Source: Phycisphaerae bacterium
Lineage (GTDB): Bacteria > Planctomycetota > Phycisphaerae > UBA1845
Reading direction: 5' to 3'
Assembly: GCA_963666835.2 (NCBI GenBank)
Contig: CAXXGO010000001.1
Coordinates: 2,104,829 to 2,168,828 of the forward strand
Length of the DNA stretch: 64,000 nucleotides
Shown: positions 47,819-57,546 of the stretch, piece by piece
Layout: the number at the start of each line of letters is the position of its first letter
How positions within the stretch are numbered: the first letter of the stretch is position 1
The notes under the pieces: model-generated
The model's database searches: none
What the model was told of the DNA's origin: nothing
The model's input: only the letters and a program-made list of their open reading frames with translations
Made by a program: the position numbers and the translations under genes

Positions 47819-50428
47819 CTACCCGCCTTCCGAAGCGGCAGTCTCCAGTGCGTGAATCCTGCTCCGGATATCATCGACGACCGGCAGGCCCTCCAGCCCG
47901 GGGAGCAGTAGGCTCTGCTGATAGGTTGCGATCGCAAGTTGTGGCTCGCCGTTAGCCGCGTATAGGTCTCCAAGTTGCCATAGGATTGCCGGGTGCTGGT
48001 AGTTCGTTCTCTCGGCCGCCAGTTTGCACAGCCGCACGGCCTCGGCCGTGTCGCGCAGATCCTCCGGATAGGCTTCGTTTAACAGGCGGGCATAGGTGCG
48101 TAGCAACCCGATCGTCGCCGGACCGCTCTCCATCAGCTCTTCGGCCAGCGTGAGGGCTCGTAGGCTGAGGGCACGGGCCTCGGTTTCGTCTCCCCGTTGC
48201 GCCGCACGTCGCGCGAGAACTCCCAAGCCTACCAGGATCCGCTCCCGGGTCTCCACGCGATCGGGTTCGAATTCGGCCAACTGCTCGAGAATTCGCTGCG
48301 TGGCGCGAATGTGCTCGTCACACGCGTCCGCGTTCCTCATGTCCGAATTGATCGCGGTCATGGCACCGTGGTACTGCAACAACAGCCGCAGGCTATCGGC
48401 GTCATTCGGGGCAAGTTCGACCAGCGGGCGGAACAACGCCTCCGCTCTGGCGCAGTTGTCCAGCGCCTCCTGCGCGCATCCCGTAAGGGAGAGCGGACGT
48501 GCCGTAGCCAGGCAGGCCCGAGCCAGGGACTTCCGGGCTTCAACATCACCCGGATTCTCCTTAAACACCTGCTCGGTCATTGCGAGTGTTTCGCGAATAC
48601 TCTCCGCGGCCATGGGCCAGTCTTCGATCTCGACGGCTATACCGGCCCGGTGCGCATGAGCTCTGCGTATCGCCTTCCGAATCCCGCTTCTCCCGGGTTC
48701 CAGGTCCAGTAGCGTGCGGGCCGACTCGAGTTGAAGATTGAAATGCGCCATTGCCGGACCAATCCGCCCTTCCTTCAGAGCGAAAGCCCCCATACGCTCG
48801 TGGCTCCATACCAGATTATCGAGGTAGTACGGGTTGGCCGGGAACTCCTCGACCAACGCTTCGTCGATAGCCAGTGCTTCGGCGTAATACTCGCGAGTTA
48901 CGTCGACGTCACCCAATTCCTTAGCAACGTCGCCAACCCGGACCATCGCGAGCGAAAGAGCAGCCTGACGATCGGGCGTTTCCAAAGCTGCGGACGCCAA
49001 GGCCCGGCGAATCTCCAGCGCCTCAGAGAAACGCTCGAACGCCTGCCGGTGGCGCCCGAGTGCCTGATCGATTCCCCCAAGATCCCGCAGCGTTCGAGCG
49101 TAATCAGCCTGCAAGGCCGGGTCATCCGCGCGTTGCTCAAGGAGCTTCTGCAGATTCTCATATGCATTCTCGAGAATGATCCGGCGGGCCTCCTCCGCCC
49201 CGTCGATCCGCTTGAGTCGCTGAGCGACATCACCCACAAGAACCTCGATGGTCTTCTGGGAATCACGTTTCGCATTATGTGCTTCCGTCGCGCTGCGGTC
49301 CGCCTCTAACTCCGCCGTGACCGCCCGGCCGTACATCGCCGTTATCGTGACTGCGTAGACCAGCGTAGCCGCCACGGCCAGGCATAGCGCGATTGCAGCC
49401 TTTCGGTGCCGACGCACGGTCTTGGTGAGCACGTACCACGTACTCTCGCGCCTGGCCTCGATTGGCTCGCCGGCCATGAACCGTTGAATGTCGGCCATCA
49501 GGTCGGTCACGTGCTGGTACCGATCATCGCGGTACTTGGCGAGGCACTTTTGCGTTACGATGTTCAGGTCATCGTCCAGACCACGCCGAACGGCACCGGG
49601 TTGCGGCGGCTCGGACTCTATGATGTTCCGCAGCGCCGTATGCGCCGGTATCGTCGGGTCAAACGGCAGTCTCCCGGTGAGCAGGAAGAACAGGATCAAC
49701 CCCAACGCGTGAACGTCCGTGCGGATGTCGATTTCGTCCGGCAAACCTCGGGCCTGCTCCGGACTCGCCCAGTGCAATGAACCGAGAAACTGCCCGGTTA
49801 TGGTGGCTCTGTCCCCTCCGGCGTCATCATCGGCCGAAATGAGCTTCGCCAGTCCGAAGTCGAGGATGTGCGGGTCGCCGTGACCGTCGACCAGGATGTT
49901 AGCGGGTTTGAGGTCGCGATGGATGATACCGCGGACATGAGCGGCGTTGACGCCCGCACAGATCTTCATGAACAACTGCAGCGCGTCCCGGACGGTGAGA
50001 TTGCGGCTCCGGATGTAGACGTCGAGCGGCCGGCCCTCGATGAAGTCCATCACCAGGTAGGGCAGTTCGTCCACCGTTCCGCCGTCGTATAGCGTAACGA
50101 TGTGGGGATGCTTGAGTTTCCCCAGGACATCCAGCTCTCGCCGGAAGCGCAGGCGTTCCACCGCATCGCAGAACCGCCCGGTTCGAAGCACTTTGATTGC
50201 CACGGTCCGCTCGGTCGAGGCCTGCACGGCCTTGTACACGACGCCCTGCCCGCCCCGGTGAATCAGCTCCGTCAGGGTGTAGCCGGGGAACGTATCGGAG
50301 GGGACCGCGGGCACCTCGCGGGGCGGTGATACCAGCTCTGCGAGGGCGACCTGGCGGCGGGCGTACTCTATGGGTGACCGCGGCGCGGCGTCCACGGAAA
50401 TGTCCTGCTCTGTTCCATCTTGAGGCAT
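47819..50428 (-). CDS. Ser/Thr protein kinase with C-terminal TPR repeats
   Basis: HRGGQGVVY, VAIK, HRDLKPAN, DFG, GSLHWASPEQ; TM-like segment; TPR-like helices. Confidence 0.93.
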   Translation of the reverse strand: MPQDGTEQDISVDAAPRSPIEYARRQVALAELVSPPREVPAVPSDTFPGYTLTELIHRGGQGVVYKAVQASTERTVAIKVLRTGRFCDAVERLRFRRELDVLGKLKHPHIVTLYDGGTVDELPYLVMDFIEGRPLDVYIRSRNLTVRDALQLFMKICAGVNAAHVRGIIHRDLKPANILVDGHGDPHILDFGLAKLISADDDAGGDRATITGQFLGSLHWASPEQARGLPDEIDIRTDVHALGLILFFLLTGRLPFDPTIPAHTALRNIIESEPPQPGAVRRGLDDDLNIVTQKCLAKYRDDRYQHVTDLMADIQRFMAGEPIEARRESTWYVLTKTVRRHRKAAIALCLAVAATLVYAVTITAMYGRAVTAELEADRSATEAHNAKRDSQKTIEVLVGDVAQRLKRIDGAEEARRIILENAYENLQKLLEQRADDPALQADYARTLRDLGGIDQALGRHRQAFERFSEALEIRRALASAALETPDRQAALSLAMVRVGDVAKELGDVDVTREYYAEALAIDEALVEEFPANPYYLDNLVWSHERMGAFALKEGRIGPAMAHFNLQLESARTLLDLEPGRSGIRKAIRRAHAHRAGIAVEIEDWPMAAESIRETLAMTEQVFKENPGDVEARKSLARACLATARPLSLTGCAQEALDNCARAEALFRPLVELAPNDADSLRLLLQYHGAMTAINSDMRNADACDEHIRATQRILEQLAEFEPDRVETRERILVGLGVLARRAAQRGDETEARALSLRALTLAEELMESGPATIGLLRTYARLLNEAYPEDLRDTAEAVRLCKLAAERTNYQHPAILWQLGDLYAANGEPQLAIATYQQSLLLPGLEGLPVVDDIRSRIHALETAASEGG

Positions 50429-50474
50429 GGTCCGGGTACCTCAACAGTCACCAAGCGACAGGGCGGTTAGCGGT

Positions 50475-51134
50475 TCACGTGCCCTTAGAGAAGAAGTTTG
50501 TGCTCCCGCCGAGTAGCTCGGCCAGGCGGTCATGGGCTCGGGCTTTGAGCATGTGGATAGCGCCCCGAGAACGCTCCATCTGATCGGCAACGTCGTCGGC
50601 CGGGCGTCCTTCCAGATCGCACAGGCGAATCACCTTCTCGTAGTCGGGCGGGAGTTTGCGTAGAGCCTTCTCGATCAGATCACTCGCTTCGCTTCGCGCG
50701 GCGCCGCTGGTGGGAGAAGTGCCGTGCCCCGGCAATGAGGCCAACAAGGTGACGTACGACTCGTCGGTCACTGCGTCGCCAACGCGACGGGCCGGTGACG
50801 GACGCTTCTGCCGGTTGAGCGTCTTGATGGCGTCTGCGATGTTGTTCGCGGCGATCCGGCGCAGCCAGGCCTTGAAGGAACCCGACCCGCGCGGCTCGAA
50901 CTGCCCAATACGCAGGTAGGCCTCGACATAGGTTACCTGAAGCACGTCCTCAGCATCCAGAATCGACCGATACCGAACACCAATCCGCCCGCGGAGCCAT
51001 CCCCGCAGATCCGGGTCATGATGGTGAAGAAGCTGGGTGAGCGCCTCCACATCACCCGACACCGCCGCGGTAGTGAGTTCGTCCTGGGAAACCAGCATGA
51101 TGGGGTCCCCGACCGCTGAATCTTGTTCCGCCAC
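50475..51134 (-). CDS. ECF sigma factor (planctomycete-type, TIGR02984-like)
   Basis: DAEDVLQ..FKAWLRRIA..GTSPT..LRKLPPDYEKVIRL..RSRGAI..RA. Confidence 0.9.
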   Translation of the reverse strand: MAEQDSAVGDPIMLVSQDELTTAAVSGDVEALTQLLHHHDPDLRGWLRGRIGVRYRSILDAEDVLQVTYVEAYLRIGQFEPRGSGSFKAWLRRIAANNIADAIKTLNRQKRPSPARRVGDAVTDESYVTLLASLPGHGTSPTSGAARSEASDLIEKALRKLPPDYEKVIRLCDLEGRPADDVADQMERSRGAIHMLKARAHDRLAELLGGSTNFFSKGT

Positions 51135-51386
51135 GTCGACGCTGCTGCATTGTAGCAGGAAACTCTGAAAAAAGCTCGGATCAGCGCGTTAATGGCGGTT
51201 CCGGCCGTCGCTTGGACATACATAAGGCCGAAGGCCGCGACTTCACGGGGGCTTTCCGGTGAGATCTTTCATGTATGCGTGAGTCGCCAAGCGTACCGCC
51301 CCCTGCGGCGAACCTGTTGGCGGCGCGCTGCTTCTCCTGGGATCAAAGAAACGGTCTGCGGTGCAGAACAAGAAAAAAGGCAAATC

Positions 51387-51710
51387 ATGAGTTCGAATCC
51401 GCCAACGCCAGTCCTCGTCACGCTGGGCCTGCTCTTCTCGACCAGCGTTGGGTTCGCAGCAGATACGCACGGCGCTCGTTCGGGCGACAGCTTTCATTGG
51501 ATCAGCCCAATAGGTGGCGCCTTCGCCGCTTCAGCGAACTGGGCGGAAGGCACGCCACCCCAATGGGATGACACGGCTATCTTCGATTTGGCCAGCGTTC
51601 TCGGATACACGGTGAATCACTACATGTGGACGGCTATAAACACACGTTTGCCATGGACTTACGGATCCGCCGAACCACATACGCCGCACAGCCGGAGACG
51701 TGTGCTTTGA
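51387..51710 (+). pseudogene. 5' remnant of a large secreted beta-helix-type protein
   Basis: Signal peptide then WISPIGGAFAASANWAEGTPP..DTAIFDL..YTV; resemblance ends near 51615 followed by an early stop. Confidence 0.55.
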
Positions 51711-52178
51711 CGCCTGCTTATGGTATGAATCTTTTTCTCCAAATGGGGTTGTTTGTGGATTCTGGTTGTGTTAGACTTGAGTAACTCGTTTGACAGCACG
51801 GCCTGTCGTGACTATGTGCGGTTCGGATGGGAGAGTTCGAAGGACACTCGTAAGCGGCGGTGTGGCTCGTTTTCTCGAACGGGCCCGCGCATCTCCCATC
51901 CGCACGTTTGCTCTCGATTCTCGGCGCGGGGTCTCTTGGCTGTGCTGCCGTTGGTATGGCTTACGCAGCAACGCTTATCTCCTGGAATGCCGAGAGATAT
52001 GCGCGCGGTTGAAGTGATGTCGGCTTCGATCGGGGGCGACGTACGTCGTCATACTGGAATAATGCTCCCGTCGTCTAACCGGCGATGTCGGCTCAATATA
52101 CGGGCAGACAACGGGGGGCTCGTTTAGAACACTGAGCTTCGCATGGAGCGACTTCCTGCAATTAGGAGAGATCAGGTA

Positions 52179-53498
52179 ATGTACACGGAATACGCAAAGG
52201 CTGTGGGTGGTAGGACGTCTCGCACGGTCGTGTTGAGCATCGTCGCGGTTGTCCTTGGTGTCGCTGGGGTCTCGCAGGGGCAGGTCATCGTTCCGGGCGC
52301 GGACGGGTCAGATGGCTTCTTCTTCCCGACGACGGACACCGAGGTCGACCTTTCACTGGCAGTGACGCGCGATTGGGACATGCCGAGTCCAGTTGTTGGG
52401 CGAGGTGTTTACGACCCAAACAAATGGGCGGTGGTCTTCAAGTACACGTCCGTCAATATCCCGGCAGGCGTTACGGTGACTTTCAAGAACCACCCAAGCG
52501 GCGCTCCGGTTGTGTGGCTAGTCCAGGGGGCGGTGACAATCCTGGGCACCGTCGACCTTTCTGGAGGCAGGGGTAGTGATCTGCGGATCTTCTCCGTTCC
52601 GGGGCCCGGTGGGTTCCGAGGGGGTGTCAGGTATGAGTCTGCAGGACTCGGTCCGGGTGGCGGGTTTTACCCTGCGGTCTACTATTCGCATGGGAGTTAC
52701 GGGGATCCGGGCACTGCTACTAGCGGCGGCACGCCGCCGCCTACTTACGGGAACGCTCGGTTGATCCCACTCATTGGCGGCTCCGGCGGCTCAAGCCATC
52801 CCAATGGCGGCGGTGGTGCGGGTGGTGGTGCAATCCTCATCGCCACGGCTGGAAGTTTCACCATATCAGGAGAGGTTCTGGCTAACGGCGGTAGCTGGCT
52901 TTACCAGGGAAGTGGCGGGGGAATCCGGATTATCGCGGATACGGTCGAGGATGGTCTTGTTGGCCCGGGAACGCTTCAGGCACAAAGTGGCGGGAGCGGG
53001 CACGGGCGCATACGGATCGAAGCAAACTCGGTCGAGCTAGCCCAAGCGACGATCCCAACGTTCACGTGGGGCTATCCTGGCGACACCGCCGTTCTCTGGC
53101 CGAGTGATCTTGGTAACGTTCCGGAGGTCCGGGTCGCTTCGATTGGCGGAGTCTCCGTTCCCACGGACCCCCGCGCGAGTTTCGATTTCCCCCAAGCGGA
53201 TGCCACGTTGACGAGCCCCGGGGTGCACCCTCTTGTGGTTGAAGCGAAGAACGTGCCGCTCCATTGGAGCGTCAACGTTCGTATCGTTCCGAAGTGTGGC
53301 CAAGATATCATCTACCCGGCGTACTATGTCGCCGGTGACGATGCAGAGTCGGTGTGGCAAGCGGCAGTGGAGGTCTCCGGTGGATTCTCGGCCATTCAAG
53401 TCCGGGCGAGCGAACCGGGAGCGGCTCGCGAGACGGAAGCTCTGGACGATGAAGACGTGGCAGCCGTCCCTGCGAGTATCGCTGAGCACAAGGGCTAG
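52179..53498 (+). CDS. Secreted Gly-rich protein of unknown function
   Basis: RBS AGGAG; signal peptide; GADGSDG..GVYDPNKWAVVFKY..PGPGGFRGG..GGSGG..GGGAGGGAILI. Confidence 0.8.
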   Translation: MYTEYAKAVGGRTSRTVVLSIVAVVLGVAGVSQGQVIVPGADGSDGFFFPTTDTEVDLSLAVTRDWDMPSPVVGRGVYDPNKWAVVFKYTSVNIPAGVTVTFKNHPSGAPVVWLVQGAVTILGTVDLSGGRGSDLRIFSVPGPGGFRGGVRYESAGLGPGGGFYPAVYYSHGSYGDPGTATSGGTPPPTYGNARLIPLIGGSGGSSHPNGGGGAGGGAILIATAGSFTISGEVLANGGSWLYQGSGGGIRIIADTVEDGLVGPGTLQAQSGGSGHGRIRIEANSVELAQATIPTFTWGYPGDTAVLWPSDLGNVPEVRVASIGGVSVPTDPRASFDFPQADATLTSPGVHPLVVEAKNVPLHWSVNVRIVPKCGQDIIYPAYYVAGDDAESVWQAAVEVSGGFSAIQVRASEPGAARETEALDDEDVAAVPASIAEHKG

Positions 53499-53644
53499 CG
53501 TAGCTCTGTGCAGGCTGTCAAAGGGCGTGGCCAACGATGGCGCCTTATGTCCAACACAGGGTGCCGCACGGATGTTCGAACACGAGATCGAGTCTGGGAG
53601 TTCTGTCAGTAAGAATCGCCACAACAGCATGAGGTAGCAGGAAT

Positions 53645-56632
53645 ATGTTCCCTTTTCGCTTGAATACAATGACGAGGGCGGTCGTAAGGCCGGGGTCCAT
53701 GACCGCGCTCTGCGCTGTGCTTTCGTTGCCATTGATGGGGTCTTCTGTGATTGCCCGTCCTGCCGAAGACGGTGGCACGGTGGTTCCGGGCGGTCCGGCA
53801 TGCGAACCGGCACCGGACGAACCGGTCGAGGTGAACGATGCGATCTCGCGCGAGTTCACGGTGTTCGTTGAGCAAGCGACGAGCATCATCGACGCGATCT
53901 CCCGCGAATTCACCGTCTTCAACGACGAGGCCGCTCATCCGACGGATGCGGTATCTCGCGAATTCACCGTGTTCAACGACATCGTGAATCCAGTGAAGTT
54001 TACGGACGCGGTCTCGCGCGAGATGACGGCGTTCGTCGTAATACCAATCGAGTTGGGTGTGCCATACGAAGGCTCGCTTCCGGTGGGCACGCGAATGTAC
54101 TTCCGGCTTGAGACGCCCCCGGATCTCACGCTTCGGATCACACTCGACCATGCTAGCGAGACGGCCTGGACGGAACTCTACGCGAGTTTCGGCGCGCTTC
54201 CTGACGAGGCCACGGCGGATTTCTCCTTCTCGGATCCATCCGCACCAGATCAGGAGTTGGTTATCCCCAACACGATGGGAGGCACGTACTTCGTTCTCGT
54301 GCGCCTGAGTGCGGAAAGCGATACATCGGCGTCCAGCGGGTTCTCGCTGCTGGCCGCAGGCGTGCCCTTCGGCGTTGATGGTGTCGAGCCGCCGGTAGTG
54401 GGAGCCGGTGAAGAAGTAACCCTGCGCGTTACTGGTGGACACCTTGAGGATGCCGCGCGGATGTACTTGCGCCATGTGGATAGCGGCGCCGAGATTGCCC
54501 CCGTCAAGACGGATGTGCTCGACGCGGCGCATGCGCGCCTGCGATTCAACTTCTGGGGGGAAGAGCTTGGATTGTATAACGTCATCAGCGAATCGCAGGA
54601 CACACAGCCCGTTGTCCTTGAGGATGCGGTGACCCTGCAGCCACCTGACGAGTTTCACCTCGACGAGGAACTCACACCGTCTCCTTTCCTTCGATCAGGA
54701 CACGGTTGGAACCGTGGTTTCACGACATTACTCTTGCGCAACAACTCCAACATTGATGTGCCGATCACCCTGGTCAAGGTTTTCGCTCCTAATGGTCCGG
54801 ATATGATGCTGACAATTGAAGGGGGCGACCCGCTTCCAGTTTATGGAAATGCCGATTATGTCGGCGTTCAACTTGCGATCGAGTCAATTGGTCCGAGTGC
54901 CACCGTCGAGGTGCCGATTGCGATTGATGTTGGCCCTGGATTTCCTGGCCCTAATATAGAGGTCCTTGTAGCTGTTGAGACATGGGCGAGGCAGGCATTT
55001 CGCGACATTTGGATTCGCGGTGACCGGGGACTGGTGAGGGGGGTAGCGGAGGCGTATGCAGCGTCAGAGCCGGAAGATATCCCTCCCGAGTTCTGGACAG
55101 AAGTGGTACCTGCAATGCAGGATCAAGTTGCGGCGCTATTCGACGAGTACGGGCTAGATGTGCCTTTAGCACGCGCACTGAGCGCCTCGCGAGGTGGGTG
55201 GCCCTCCAAACGCCAACTCTGTAACGCTACATGCGTTCTCCTCACCACCGAGTGCATTATCGTTTGCCAACGCGCTTCGCCCGGTGTGGCGCCCTGGTGC
55301 AGGCGTTATTGTGCGAGTATAGCAGCTTGGTGTGCATTGTGCTGCAATGATGCCTGCAATAACGTATGTCCACGGAAGTGGATCGGCTTCTGCCCACCTC
55401 CACCCCCAGATAATGGGTGCGTACCGGCGTGCGTTCCGGCGGGACCAGGATGTCGTGCTGCATGTGTTTGTAGAGAGGATTGCCCAAGAGCGTCTGATGG
55501 CATTTACTACGGTGAGCACTGCAGACCGGTATGCGAGTGCAAGCAGGCGGGCTGTACTCCAGGCGGTAGGTCCACTGATCCCAATGAAAAACATGGACCA
55601 AGTGGTTATGGCGACGGACGTTTTGTTCATGTGAGAGCACCTCTCATTTATCGTCTCTACTTCGAGAATCTCGATACGGCAACGGCGCCCGCTGCGGAGG
55701 TGTTCATCACCGACACACTCGATCCTTCGATGAATCTTGCGACATTCCGTATCCGGCAGTTCCAGTTCGGATCCACAACCGTTGATGTGCCAGAGGGACG
55801 CTCATCGTATCAGACCACAATCGACTTGACCGCCGAAATGGATCTACTGGTTCAGCTTCAGGCGGGTGTCAATCCTGGAACGGGGGACGCGACATTCGTG
55901 CTACGAGCCTTGGATCCGGAGACACTTCAATTGCCAGCCGAACTGATGCGTGGATTCCTGCCACCGAACGACGAAACCGGTCGCGGTGAGGGCTACGTCG
56001 AATTCACGATAGAACCTCGCAGCACCACTCCGACGGGAACGGTCGTGATCAATAGTGCCTCGATTGTGTTCGATTACAACGACCCGATCGAGACGAACGA
56101 GGTGTTCAACACAATCGACTCCGGCGCACCGGATACGAGCGTGCAGGTTATCGCAGAGGAGAGCCTGACACCGTTTGCGCTTGAATGGGACGGAACGGAT
56201 GACGCGGGCGGATCGGGGTTGGCGGAGTATCGAATCTACGTCCGTACGAACGGCGGGCCGGCGGAACTGTGGTACTCAGGAACCGACACTTGGGCGCACT
56301 TCGACGGCGAAGTCGGCAGTAGCTACGCCTTCTACTCGCGTGGGGTCGACAACGTCGGCAATGTGGAGGCTTTGCCGGTAACGCTCGACGCGATGACGAC
56401 GGTTGTGGCGGTTCGTCATCCGGGTGACATCGACGCCGACGCTGATACGGACCTGGCAGACTTCCGCGGGTTCTGCAGTCCGGATCCCGGCGAGGCCGTG
56501 TGCATGTGCATGTCCGGGCCGAACGGTGAGTCTTTGGCGGAATGTGCTCTCGCCGATCTGGACCGGGACAGAGACGTCGACCTTGCTGATTTCGCCGAGT
56601 TCCAGAATGCGTACGCCCCGCCATCATCGTAG
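53645..56632 (+). CDS. Secreted multidomain protein: SREFTVF repeats, PPC/Ig-like domains, Cys-rich insert, DPNEK-type Ig domain, FN3-like, dockerin-like tail
   Basis: STDPNEKHGPSG..YRLYFEN..ATAPA..ASIVFDYNDPIETN; WDGTDDAGGSGL..YAFYSRGVDNVGNVE; GDIDADADTDLADF..DLDRDRDVDLADF. Start may be 53669 or 53699. Confidence 0.85.
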   Translation: MFPFRLNTMTRAVVRPGSMTALCAVLSLPLMGSSVIARPAEDGGTVVPGGPACEPAPDEPVEVNDAISREFTVFVEQATSIIDAISREFTVFNDEAAHPTDAVSREFTVFNDIVNPVKFTDAVSREMTAFVVIPIELGVPYEGSLPVGTRMYFRLETPPDLTLRITLDHASETAWTELYASFGALPDEATADFSFSDPSAPDQELVIPNTMGGTYFVLVRLSAESDTSASSGFSLLAAGVPFGVDGVEPPVVGAGEEVTLRVTGGHLEDAARMYLRHVDSGAEIAPVKTDVLDAAHARLRFNFWGEELGLYNVISESQDTQPVVLEDAVTLQPPDEFHLDEELTPSPFLRSGHGWNRGFTTLLLRNNSNIDVPITLVKVFAPNGPDMMLTIEGGDPLPVYGNADYVGVQLAIESIGPSATVEVPIAIDVGPGFPGPNIEVLVAVETWARQAFRDIWIRGDRGLVRGVAEAYAASEPEDIPPEFWTEVVPAMQDQVAALFDEYGLDVPLARALSASRGGWPSKRQLCNATCVLLTTECIIVCQRASPGVAPWCRRYCASIAAWCALCCNDACNNVCPRKWIGFCPPPPPDNGCVPACVPAGPGCRAACVCREDCPRASDGIYYGEHCRPVCECKQAGCTPGGRSTDPNEKHGPSGYGDGRFVHVRAPLIYRLYFENLDTATAPAAEVFITDTLDPSMNLATFRIRQFQFGSTTVDVPEGRSSYQTTIDLTAEMDLLVQLQAGVNPGTGDATFVLRALDPETLQLPAELMRGFLPPNDETGRGEGYVEFTIEPRSTTPTGTVVINSASIVFDYNDPIETNEVFNTIDSGAPDTSVQVIAEESLTPFALEWDGTDDAGGSGLAEYRIYVRTNGGPAELWYSGTDTWAHFDGEVGSSYAFYSRGVDNVGNVEALPVTLDAMTTVVAVRHPGDIDADADTDLADFRGFCSPDPGEAVCMCMSGPNGESLAECALADLDRDRDVDLADFAEFQNAYAPPSS
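53837..54034 (+). repeat. Four tandem DA[IV]SRE[FM]T[VA]F peptide repeats (54-60 bp period)
   Basis: Direct reading of translation. Confidence 0.9.
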
Positions 56633-57035
56633 GTGTATGAGCAAACGGCGAAGCCGGCCGTGATATCGAGACCGGCGCCGGGATCTCCTTGGCGGGGCGC
56701 CCGGCGCCGGTCGGCTTGTCCCGGCTCCCGATCCTGTCGGGTGTCGGCGCGCCGCCGCAACGGCTCGCTCAAGATCACGTCCGCGCGGGTGATCCGGCGG
56801 ACCGTCAGAATCCTGGATCAGCGTGATAAGCCTGCGCCCCGTGCGCCGAAAGGTCCGCGGAATACAGCGTTTGGTTTTCTGCGTGACTCGCTCCGGTTTC
56901 TGACGCTCCATCCTATGGGCGGTGATGAAGACCGTGCCGGACAGGCCGCCGCAGCCAGGCAACGGTCGCCGGGCAGGGAAGTCCGGCGTCGCAAGCAAGC
57001 GAGATGAGTAAGGAGATTCTCACAGGAGAAGAGAC

Positions 57036-57476
57036 ATGGGAATACGGAAACCAGGTAGGAGACGTGTTATCCAGGCGGTGCTCCTCGGAGGCGCCGCCTT
57101 GGCGGCCGGCATCGGCCCGGCCTTGGCATCGCAACCATCGCAGTTGGCGTTGAGTCGTTACCGGCTGTCGGCCGGTGGAGGCACGTTGGCCAAAGGACCG
57201 CTCTCGTTGGCGGGGACGTTTGCCCAAGCGGAAGGCGGGACAATGTTGGGCGGAGGCTACGTACTGAACGGCGGCTTCATGTTCGAGTCGCCGCGCGGAG
57301 ACTGCAATTGCGACGGGGTTACCAGCCTGGTCGATTTCGCCCAACTGGATTCGTGCCTTTGCGGCCCGGGCAACGCGTCTGCCGGGGCGTGTTCCTGCTT
57401 CGATGTCAACAGCGATGGGGATGTTGACCTTATGGACTTCGTAGCGTTTCAAACCAGCTTCGGTTCCGCGCGATAA
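57036..57476 (+). CDS. Small secreted protein with dockerin-like (paired EF-hand) C-terminus
   Basis: RBS AGGAG; RRR signal; GGGTL..SLAGTFAQAEGGTMLGGGYVLNGGF; GDCNCDGVTSLVDF..DVNSDGDVDLMDF. Confidence 0.85.
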   Translation: MGIRKPGRRRVIQAVLLGGAALAAGIGPALASQPSQLALSRYRLSAGGGTLAKGPLSLAGTFAQAEGGTMLGGGYVLNGGFMFESPRGDCNCDGVTSLVDFAQLDSCLCGPGNASAGACSCFDVNSDGDVDLMDFVAFQTSFGSAR

Positions 57477-57546
57477 CCCGGTGAGGACTATCATCAGCCG
57501 CGCGGACTCCGACGAGTATACGACTCAGCAGAAGGAGCAGAACCCA

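Noticed and set aside
51612..51623. GTGAATCACTAC as an IS end at the pseudogene breakpoint
   Set aside because: 12 bp only, with no transposase sequence or partner end.
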